A stretch of 39,392 nucleotides of DNA, taken from positions 1 through 39,392 of the forward strand of contig JAUCBJ010000300.1 of NCBI GenBank assembly GCA_032718475.1, in the 5' to 3' direction. The translations under genes and the position numbers were made by a program. Below the pieces are notes generated by a model. That model searched no databases. It saw only the letters and a list, made by a program, of their open reading frames with translations, and was not told the origin of the DNA. Below are positions 1 through 9,349 of the stretch, one piece after another; the first letter of the stretch is position 1; the number at the start of each line of letters is the position of its first letter. Origin of the DNA: Nemertoderma westbladi (taxonomy: Eukaryota > Animalia > Xenacoelomorpha).

Positions 1-354
1 GAGACGGCGAAGAAATAATTTTTTTTCTCTTTCCTTACTGCCCGTATTCTATTATAAATACGTAACTACAGTAAGATGAAATGGCCGTACTTATTAAAGT
101 ACAATAAAGCCACTACTATATTTAAGTATTATTGGTAGGCAGAGTATTAGGAATGCAAAGTTCAGATCCTCGTGTCTCGGCTAAACCAAGCTCTGGGTAG
201 ACCTTGGAAACGACTTGCCTCTTCACACTGACATTGCTTCGTGCGATATTGCTCTCATACCGTATATTAAATAATACATATAGTAGCGTGATGTCCCTTT
301 TAACAGTAGCGTATAACGCAAAATAAATCTGTTAAACCCTTTGACCATCTGTAA

Positions 355-630
355 TTCTAGTCGATTAAGATATCGCGGCACCCACCGATATACTTGAAAG
401 ACAAATTCTAGAATCAGTGGTTAACGTCCCCAGACAAGTTCTGGAATAAATCGGTGCCCATCTCAAATATTAATTATTTAATATTTGCAAATCTAATAAA
501 TCAAAATCTGTAAAATTCAGATCCTTCAACAATTCTAGTCAATTAAGATATCGTAGCATTTACCGATATTCTTAAAAAGACAATTTTCATAGAATTAAGG
601 ATCTTGTGTCCCCAGACATGTTCTGGAATC
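355..630 (+). repeat. Two tandem ~178-bp units in the post-pol spacer, each with a long and a short hairpin
   Basis: ttctagtc.attaagatatcg...ccgatat.ctt.aaa.gac...tagaa occurs at 355-413 and 533-594, each followed by ccagaca.gttctgg. The same pair occurs at 29777-29836 and 29961-30022. Confidence 0.75.
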
Positions 631-1473
631 AAAATATGTCAATTTAATTATCAAATAATAAAATTTCAGGGAATAAATTTAAATTCATGCCTTTTAATGA
701 ATTTAATAAATTGCCATTTTTACGCAATTTATAACATTCCCAAAATTCCATTAATTAATAGATCAAGGGAGCGGAGATTTATCTTATTATGCGTATGAGT
801 GTGCGAAAGTCTCCCAAACGTAGTCAATAGCCGATAAAATTCATAAAGTCATGTATAAAACAGAACATTGACTATTAAAGAATACTATTAAATAACATCC
901 CAGATCTGTATGCATTGGAATTACCCTAATTCTACCGCTAGCTTTGCATAATGTCACCATAGCAACAACCACGCTAGAATTAGAATTGAGTTAAACGAAC
1001 AATAGAAAGCTTGTCCCATTGAATAGCATAGGGAATAAATAGCGCACTGCTAGTATCCAAGGATACATAATAATACAGTGACATTCTGGAAGGCATTGAC
1101 TAACGGACAAATGGCCCGAATGTGCGTAGTTGTGACCAGTTGTGTGGTATTTGTGAGTTTATAGGTGAATGTTACTGCTAAGGTGTGTTTACAGTAGCTA
1201 GTCGCAATCGTAAAAGTAACCTAACTCTCCAAGGAAAACCTGAAGTACATCTAAGCCTTTGGGACGGACAGTCGAGTGACTTGTGCCGGTTGTCGTTGTC
1301 GTTGCGCGGCTACGTCGTTGGCGAAAGTACAGCGGCGACGACACATCGGCGCTGAGGATCTCGTACTGTCCGGGGGTTGATTGGGGTAGGCAGCGACGCC
1401 CGCTCGCCTAAATATAAACTCATTATAATATGGATAAACTCATATATAGCAGATATGACGGAGTTGATAGAAG

Positions 1474-2148
1474 ATGGTCTTGGTATCGGGGAACGATATA
1501 CTCTACTTTCAAACGTTTGTTGATAGCTTGATACGCGGTGATACTAGTCCAACTACTACGAAGGATGATGGTCGTTATATCGAACCGCCAATGTCCCAAG
1601 AGCAGCTCACGCGTGAGTTGGACTATAAGAAATTCACCGCTCGCTATGCGCATCGTAATGGTACGTATGTGGACTTCTTAACTACTGGTCATCCTATCGA
1701 TTTACACGATACGGACAATGTCGACACCAAAAGGGAAATGGTACGATTGAAATATCCTACCCAGCAGAGGCGGAACGATAAACCGAGAATGGAACACGAG
1801 AATTCTATTCGAAACAGACTCGAAAGAGAAGACGTTGAGGAGCCGGATAAACGCAGCGACTTCAACGATTATCTGGAATTCCTGATAGAAACATATCTCA
1901 ATATTGCCAGTCAACAAAATCTAGAAACTCGATATCCTCAAGGTATACATCATGACCGCATGGTAGAACTCAAACGGCTCGATTCCCCTATGATGTATCT
2001 TACCGCCGATCGACCGCTACCTGTTGTACCGAATAGCTTCGAACGGATGGAGGAATATTGTAAGCTGGAGAAAGATCACTCGCGTTTCCCCTACAAGACG
2101 TACGTTTTTGGGTATTATTACGGTAAATGCCCTAGACCCAGCCAATAA
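1474..2148 (+). CDS. N-terminal part of the accessory ORF3 of Bel-A (224 aa open; unknown function; probably part of a longer disrupted ORF)
   Basis: Long ORF in otherwise stop-rich DNA, inside the element between the conserved spacer and the ORF3 C-terminal homology. The frame remains protein-like after the stop (KCPRPSQ*TERHKHPRKRCVKHSC). An alternative start at ATG 1430 (MDKLIYSRYDG...) would need one frameshift. Confidence 0.6.
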   Translation: MVLVSGNDILYFQTFVDSLIRGDTSPTTTKDDGRYIEPPMSQEQLTRELDYKKFTARYAHRNGTYVDFLTTGHPIDLHDTDNVDTKREMVRLKYPTQQRRNDKPRMEHENSIRNRLEREDVEEPDKRSDFNDYLEFLIETYLNIASQQNLETRYPQGIHHDRMVELKRLDSPMMYLTADRPLPVVPNSFERMEEYCKLEKDHSRFPYKTYVFGYYYGKCPRPSQ

Positions 2149-2417
2149 ACGGAAAGACATAAACATCCACGGAAACGTTGTGTTAAACACAGTTGTGTTC
2201 GTTATATTTACTGGAGTTTCGAGCGAAACTTGTTTGACGTATCACCTATGCTCACTCGGCTCTAACGATCCTAGAGTAAACCTACGATCAGAGTCCCGGA
2301 ATACTCGGTCAAACCTCCTCATTCCTTAGTTAGACCTCAGACCTGCGATCCTGGTGGTGTCGCGGATCCTCGCGGACGGTATTCACTGTTCAAGATCTAG
2401 TGCTACCCTAACAATTA

Positions 2418-2970
2418 ATCGGTAACACTCCGACAGTGATTTCTAGCTAGCCGCCCATCTTACCTAGCCGGATTATGACGCAGACACCTAATATCACTAT
2501 CCAACCGTATGGTCGTCCCGTTTAACGCAATACAACCCTTCATCAAGGTGAAGGAGAGCGTTGTACGAAACGAGTTAAACGCTATTCTATAAAGATCAAA
2601 AAGGAAACCTGCGTTTGTTCAGATAAACGTAAGTTATAACAGTAAGTCCAATCGATAAACGAATTGGCCTTATCTCAGTTCGATTGGGAAACCTCGAATC
2701 TCAAAGAAGATATCAAGCTTAGAAAACCCTATTCTCTGCGAGAGTTTTGGACGAACGTATCCCATGACAAGCGGAGGAAAATCAGCTCGAGGAGAAGCAT
2801 ATCGAAATGGACGAGACACCGACCGTAAACCCAAACCTTTTAATGCAATCATATTGCACCCTTCACCCAGGAGTTATGGCCCTCCTAGTAAAGTGGCTTC
2901 CCCCAAAGAGAAAATGACTCTTGCTAGCTTTAAAAAACTGCGTAAACGCCGTCCGCGCAAGAAAGACTAA
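2418..2970 (+). pseudogene. Degenerate C-terminal part of ORF3 in Bel-A, with an internal deletion of ~670 bp
   Basis: Aligns to 30378-30789 and then jumps to 31461-31615. Ends LHPSPRSYGPPSKVASP..KKLRKRRPRKKD*, versus LHPSPRSYSPPSKVARP..KKLLKRRSRKKD* in Bel-B. Confidence 0.8.
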
Positions 2971-3040
2971 CTGTTTAGAGTATTTTTATATTTTAGAAAC
3001 TGTGATTTGGTATATTTTATAGACTTAAATCCCATTTTCT

Positions 3041-3048
3041 GGGAGCGG
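3041..3048 (+). promoter_or_regulatory. Short polypurine tract (PPT) of Bel-A
   Basis: GGGAGCGG lies directly before the LTR TG; identical to 31686-31693. Confidence 0.7.
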
Positions 3049-4257
3049 TGTAAAAGCTTTTGTGGGATAACTGATTCGTTTGCCTTGTTGGCCAGTTCCC
3101 CCCCGGTCGCTAGAATACTCTAAAGGGGATCTATAGTTAAAATAGTGCAAGCTACCAGCTTATTGGCTGATTTGCTGTACGCAGGTATCTGGGCTCTGTT
3201 TAATCGGCCAACCAGCCTAAGAAGGTTGCGTCATAGCCTTGTTTTGTATCTCCCAATAGAATTTGAGTTAGCCTTGATTTTGACCTATCACAGAGCTACT
3301 GAACTGAAATTTTCCTATCTCACTGCTCTTTCTCTGTGTTGAACGGGAGCTTCGTGGAATAAGGGTAGTTGGTATCCTCGTATAGAGCAGTAGTCACGAG
3401 TTTTTCAAAGCCACGAAAGAACGGCTTTGTAGTGTTTTGTGCTTTCTGCTTTTTAGCTCAACACTAGTAGGTTTAATTATAAGGACATATATCCTTTAAC
3501 TCATGGAATCACTGATCTGTGAATACTGCTGACACACGGCTTTTAATAACTGCTGAAACTGCTAAAATTTACCTGCTCAATCAATACTGTATACTGCTAT
3601 TTGTTGTCGGTTATTCATTATATTGGTTGATGAATTATTATAATGGAATAACGAGAAATAACCCCGAAAACCCAATATTCTTGATATACCGAAGGTAAGA
3701 GAGAAAGGTTACCAATAACGATTGTGACTTATGTTAAAGTGGTTTGAAGTGAATCTAATGTTATTTGATAGACCCTACATGAGTCAGTCTGTTTTCCTTT
3801 TATATGTGACTAAAATCAGTGAAGATTGGCAGATTAGTGTGCAGTATTGTGCAGCATTGTGTATGAGTGAGTCTGTTAAAGAAGCAATTCCTAAAGAATG
3901 CGCCATATATGTGAATTATAATTAAGCCATATCGTTGTGAGTAGTTTAAGTCATAACTCTCTTTATATAGATAAAGCGCCACGTCCTAAAGGAACTGTTA
4001 ATATTCCCGAAGGTGAATAATATTGTCAGAGATTATATAATACTGTCAGTCGAATAATACATTAGGCTTACATAGCAATAAAATTAAACCGTCGAACCCA
4101 ATCTCCCGGGAATATCCAGCGGGTGAATGATCGCGCACAGATTGGTTTCGACTAGTGTAATGAATCAAATACTTGTCATAGGCTAAAAAGCGATTTAATA
4201 TCTAGAAGACATCTTAATTTGGCGGGTTAAACTGCCAAAGGTCTGAAAGCGCGAACA
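3049..4257 (+). repeat. 3' LTR of Bel-A (~1.21 kb, TG...CA), a divergent subfamily
   Basis: Starts TGTAAAAGCTTTTG and ends GCGCGAACA like the Bel-B LTRs. The 3' half is recognisably homologous (gtcctaaaggaactgttaatat, tgtcagagattatata); the 5' part is largely different. Confidence 0.85.
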
Positions 4258-4445
4258 ACTGCAATTATTTTCAAAGCATCCGAATCCAGTCTCCCTTAAC
4301 TGTGGGTGAATGATCGCGCACAGACTGGCTTCGGCGGATGTAACTTCAGTACATTAAATAATTGGTCTAGGCTAAAGTCGATTTATAAACAAGAAGACAA
4401 CTAAAATTGGCAGGTTAAACTGCTAAAGGTCTAAAAGCGCGAACA
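4258..4445 (+). repeat. Terminal 188-bp remnant of a Bel-B-type LTR, interrupted by Bel-A
   Basis: actgcaatt...ctaaaagcgcgaaCA matches the 3' end of the Bel-B LTRs and begins at the base after the Bel-A terminal CA. ACTGC (4258-4262) is the presumptive target duplication; its left partner would be outside the window. Confidence 0.85.
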
Positions 4446-4571
4446 CTTTGCACAGTTATAAAGGTCGTTAGTCTCCGTTTAGGGAAATTATTTTAAGACA
4501 AAACAGGAAGAGCGCAACGAGGCTAATGAAGGAGAAGAGTATTATAAAACTAAAAATGTCACACAACTTAA

Positions 4572-7318
4572 GGGGGGGGGGGGGGGGGTAGCGCATTTTC
4601 TGACCAAAAAGTCGAATTTTTGAAACATATCCTATCTGATGCAGAATTTAATGCTGAATCCAAATAAGGAACCCGTTTTCCTATATCTTGCTTAGTTTTT
4701 GAGATATCTGGGATAGAAGATACTGGCTCCGATATATCGCGATATCGGTAAAGGAGATGAAGTTTGGGATTTGCATTCAATTTCTGCCATTTTCTGTGCT
4801 CAGTGGTGCTAATTGGATGTCTCCACGAGAAAGAGCACAAAATTTTAATTAAGAAGGTATTTTTTATGACTATTGGACATACTGATCAGTTTATAAGACA
4901 ACTTCAAGTCTCCGGAATGAAGACGGGACTCGAATAAGTGACTCTGTGGTCTTTGCGGGATTACACGGAATAGACTTATCGGTCATCGGAGATCTTCAAA
5001 ATGTATAATCTCCAGTTCTAGTGGTCGTACGGAGTTCGTTTTGGGCTCATTCGAAAGCTCTTTTCTCAGAGACCAAAGTTACCATTTGGTTTGGCAAACT
5101 CTTGAAAGCTGCCTGAGCAATCATAACTTGAACAAAATTTGCAAGGCATATTTTACCCAAATTCATGTGGGGCAAGCCACGAAGTGAGTGAGCATTAGCG
5201 TAGGGGTACCATTAATCAACCTGTTGTTCTGTCGCGTTTTTTTTCAGTATTTTATTTTAAACGTTAATAACTCGGCCAATCCTTGATGAAATCTATCCAA
5301 ACTTGGTACACATGTTGTTTGGCAAAAGTTTGAAAATTTTCCAAGTACAATTTGCGTGGGGCCTTCGTGCAGCATCAGTGTAACTGTTATTGCAGTTATA
5401 ATAAATTTTTTTATCCAAATTTAAAATTCGTTAAATTATTATTACTGTAGGATAAATCAGCTGGTTTCTGACAAATTTTGCAATACATTGGGGCTGTCTG
5501 CCAATCTGCATGTACCATGTGTACCGGTACTGTCAGGCTGTACTCAATCCCTGAATCGAGAATCCTGCAATCAGTCAATACTGCAATACTGGTCAGCCGG
5601 TAGCATACACTGCAGACATGCCATATCATGTAATCTAATTAAACATGGCCCCGGCGACCCTTGCGGTGATTATAGTTTAGGCCTAATTAGCCCAGTACCG
5701 GCACCGGTAATAATAATATAATAGTTTAGATAGTTACCACTAATCATTCAGTCATTGGCACGGTACACCATATTGCTGTACTGCTGTTGTAGTGCGCACC
5801 GTAGGTACCACCCTACTACCGGTACCGGCTGACCGGTGGCAACTAGCACTTCAGCACTTGCACAGCAACAGCACTACCGGCGATACACAGGATGGAATTT
5901 ATGTAGAGTTTGCTCAACAGTACAGATATAAAATAGTTATCTAAATTATATATATTACTATTGACAAGTATTGAAATATATACCGTTATTCGTGTTATCA
6001 GTATTTGCAACATCTGACATTGAAGAGGTGAGAGACGATGAATACCGGCACTCAACAAAACCAACGCTTATCACAGGCCGGTATGGTTACCTCGAAACCG
6101 GCGCGACTGTCCACTCGAATACAACTTCAAAACACAAACGCCAACAATAAACTGAAAGCGAATCGAACGTCTTCAGAAGAATCTGTCATTGGGACGAAGA
6201 AAAGGAAGCCGAAACCACGGGAATGGACTACAGCTAAGATTGAATGCTCCCATTGTCAGAGTTCCTGGGCCGAAATTGAAACACCAATTGCCGATGGGCT
6301 TGATCTCTCAAACCAAAACTTCCTCTGCGGGGTTTGCGCGGCAGTAAAGATTGAAAGTCTGGAAGCTGGCATCCCTAGGTATTATTATTATAAAGAGCGT
6401 CAGCCTGCGTTTAATAAATATATTTTAATACAAAACAGGTGGAACGCAAAGTGGCTTATAATGAAGACGAGTACTGCATTGATTATATTCCTATAAACCA
6501 CCTGGCTTTGCATATTGAACGTGCGTTTGGAAATAAGTTCGTGCTACCCTTCTGTGTGTGGTAGATGTCGCGGTTATGTATTGGTGGGTGGGGGGAGGGG
6601 GGGGGGGTGCAGATTAAAAGGGGTGAACACGTACTGTCCCCCTTTCATTGATTAATTGGTGGTGTGGGTTAATCTCTCATAACCTGATTTTGTGATAGAG
6701 TCGCACAATTTTAATTTGTATCTTATAACTGGGCCTCGTGCTGCGCGAAGGCCCCACGAACGTGTTATGTTGCTTCACAACCATTTTGTCTAAAATCAAA
6801 TCTAACTTTGTTCTCTATGAAAAGAGCTTTCGAATGAGCCTAAAACGAACTTCGTACGACCACTAGAACTGGAGATTATACATTTTGAAGATCTCCGATG
6901 ACCGATAAGTCTATTCTGTGTAATCCCGCAAAGACCGCAGAGTCACTTATTCGAGTCCCGTCTTCATTCTGGAGACTTGAAGTTGTCTTATAAACTGACA
7001 AGTAGGTCCAATAATCATAAAAAAATACCTTCTCAATTAAAATTTTGTGCTCTTTCTCGTGGAGACATCCAATTGGCACCACTGCGCACAGAAATTTGCA
7101 GAAATTGAATGCAAACCCCAAACTTCATCGCCTTTACCGATATCACGATATATCGGAGCCAGTATCTTCTATCCAAGATATCTCGAAAACTAAGCAAGAT
7201 ACGGAAAAACGGTTTCCATATTTGGATTCAGCATGAAATTCTGCATCAGATAGGATATGTTTCAAAAATTCGTCTTTTTGGTCAGAAAATGCGCTACCCC
7301 CCCCCCCCCCCCCCCCCT
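4572..7318. mobile_element. TTAA-flanked segment with ~520-bp imperfect inverted arms; candidate non-autonomous Kolobok-like or foldback DNA transposon, or two opposed copies of one dispersed repeat
   Basis: 4572-~5100 is the reverse complement of ~6775-7318 (roughly 90% by eye). The ends are TTAA|GGGG...tagcgcattttctgacc and ggtcagaaaatgcgcta CCCC..T|TTAA. A TTAA target with purine-purine termini fits Kolobok. No transposase is present. Confidence 0.5.
6038..6496 (+). pseudogene. Fragmentary ORF with a partial PHD-like zinc finger; possibly a truncated CR1/L2-type LINE ORF1 N-terminus
   Basis: A basic low-complexity leader is followed by IECSHCQSSW...FLCGVC and KIESLE. The sequence appears to become non-coding after ~6380. 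Confidence 0.35.
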
Positions 7319-8299
7319 TTAAATAACCCTAGTTAGAAGGTTTACAAATGACAGTTAAAGTGCGTAAGGGCAAACTGAAATGGGTCTATATTATTTTTAC
7401 AACTAGTTTATCACAAACTGATAGCATCGCCTTTACTCATATATATGTTAGGAAAGACATTTTTCGTATATCTAATAGAGATTAGTATAATTTACTTTCT
7501 AATTTAGGCTTTTGTGCTGCGCGAAGGCCCCACGAACGTGTTACCTGCGTTCAGTTGAAATTCACCGGCAATAAATTCCCAACTTAAGTTAAACGATGTT
7601 GTATAACTGTCAGTTTGTTGCTACCTTCATATTGCTAGTATTATAGATCAAATTAACCTTATGAATTTATCGTTGGCGTTTTTTGTAGTGGCATGTTTCA
7701 CTTCAATATCACAGCAATCTCGGAATTATAATAATAAACGCAAATAATAATAGCTCATTCATTTATTTATTGGCTTGGAACGAATAAATTTTTTACATTG
7801 CTGTTTTTTAGGCACTGTATTTTTTCTGATTAATGTTGAAATATCTCGAAAATAAATGTGTTTATTAAGAGGTTTATTATTTAACATTTTTATCAGAGTT
7901 ATAATAAATGGACTCGAGGTAAGTGAAACATAACCCGGTAGAAATCGCGACCTTTGATTGTATCTCTGTATGGCGTCTCTAAAGGGTCAAGTGTGCGGAT
8001 GTAAGTGGGTGTCTGAATATTTATTATTGAGTGTCGGAATATTTGTGAGTGCATAAAATATATCATAGACAATAAATAATTGCACTCGTGTTACATTATA
8101 GCACGTATATAACGTACGGCATGCACAAAGGATCCTCACTCCCTCAGTGTGTGGCAAGTACCGAGGCGACTTAAAAATAATAGTTTAGAGTGCCAAAGCT
8201 TGATTCATTAGCTACAATTACCCTGTAATTTAGAATCGCTATCAAACTTTATATTTCCCGCTAGCCGACTTGTATATTACTGACTTTATAACCTTCCCG

Positions 8300-8543
8300 T
8301 GTAGTGGTAACAGATATCGAACCATTAGATACTTTCACTTTCAACAGACAACATACTGCTGTCCGTGTCTGTCTAGCGGGATGATCATTTGACTGTACGT
8401 ACTATGTACATTACAGTACTACCGTTTACTGTAGTGTAGTGGATATATACCTACTGGTACCACACCAGCTGTCCTGGTGTCAACATAGTGTATTACATTG
8501 AAGTGATGTGAGTCGCGCTAATGCGAGAATCGCGCTCACTACA
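8300..8543 (+). repeat. Gypsy 5' LTR (244 bp)
   Basis: 7-bp terminal inverted repeats TGTAGTG/CACTACA, followed by the PBS. Its last 70 bp recur at 33148-33217. Confidence 0.93.
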
Positions 8544-8544
8544 T

Positions 8545-8557
8545 TGGTGACCCAGAC
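8545..8557 (+). promoter_or_regulatory. Primer-binding site, tRNA-Trp
   Basis: TGGTGACCCAGAC lies 1 nt after the LTR, one mismatch from TGGTGACCCCGAC (complement of the tRNA-Trp 3' end). Confidence 0.85.
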
Positions 8558-8600
8558 TGACGCAAACGGGTTTGCATCAATAACATCTGTTTATATCATA

Positions 8601-9317
8601 ATGGCTAACGAGGCAAATGTCAACGCGGTTGGAGTTAAACTGCCACACTTCTGGGCCAAAAACCCGTTGGTATGGTTTGCCCAGGTGGAGGCCCAGTTTA
8701 GCATCCGGAGGATTGTCGACGACACGACTAAATACTTCTACGTTGTCGCCGCTCTGGATCAACCCACCGCCGCCTGTCTACTGGACATCCTCACCGCCCC
8801 GCCTTCCGAAGGGAAATACGAATCCCTCAAGGCTCGACTCCTCGGAACTTTCGCCTTGAGTCGAAGCGAGCGCGCCGCGAAGCTGCTGCGGATGCGCGGG
8901 CTGGGCGACCGCAAGCCGTCCCAGATGATGGACGAGATGTTGGGGCTCCTCGCCGGCCATACTCCGTGTCTGCTGTACGAGCAGCTCTTTCTGGAGCAGC
9001 TCCCCAAGGACATCCGGCTCCAGGTCTCCAACAACTCTTTCGCGGATCCCCGTGCCCTGGCTGCCACCGCCGACGTTCTGTAGCTGGCCAAACAGCAGGG
9101 AGTCTCCCAACCAGCCGGATTAAACCGGGTGACAAACTCACTGCCGACGAATAACTCCTCCGCGCCACAACCCACAAAGGCGACCACGAACTCATCCGGT
9201 ACTGCTCGACCCGACACCAACGGGTTGTGCTACTACCATGCCTGGTTTGGTAGTGCCGCCAAGCAGTGCCGGTCACCGTGCAACTTCCCGGGAAACGCTC
9301 CAACCAGCCGACGCTAG
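8601..9317 (+). pseudogene. gag: Gypsy gag with a premature TAG at 9081-9083
   Basis: MANEANVNAVGVKLPHFWAKNPLVWFAQVEAQF... continues in the same frame past the stop (probably TGG>TAG) to [18 protein letters not shown]. Confidence 0.92.
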
Positions 9318-9349
9318 CCGCTGCGTCGACTGGTCGCTACCACCAGCGG
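9290..9349 (+). promoter_or_regulatory. -1 programmed ribosomal frameshift signal (slippery heptamer plus stem-loop or pseudoknot)
   Basis: G_GGA_AAC at 9290-9296 is in the gag frame and pol is in the -1 frame. After a 6-nt spacer comes the stem accagccgacgc/gcgtcgactggt (9303-9334). Loop ccgct can pair with agcgg at 9345-9349. Confidence 0.85.

Larger units (their letters stand above)
1..4257 (+). mobile_element. 3' portion of a Bel/Pao-family LTR retrotransposon (Bel-A): post-pol spacer, degenerate ORF3, PPT and 3' LTR; the 5' part lies outside the window
   Basis: Bases ~5-942 align with 29425-30377, and 2418-3060 align (with a gap) with 30378-31705 of the complete Bel/Pao element. Both share the junction cccattttctgggagcgg|TGTAAAAGCTTTTG and an LTR end GCGCGAACA. 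Confidence 0.88.

Noticed and set aside
1318-1365. Hammerhead ribozyme (GAAA ... CTGAGGA)
   Set aside because: The required stems II and III cannot be formed around the core motifs.
4568-7336. Repeated short ORFs MCSFSWRHP... on both strands
   Set aside because: By-products of the inverted arms; non-ATG starts and stops that differ between copies.
9081-9083. Programmed stop read-through in gag (also TAG 11150 in pol)
   Set aside because: Better explained as TGG>TAG and CAG>TAG decay; gag-pol coupling is already explained by the -1 frameshift.
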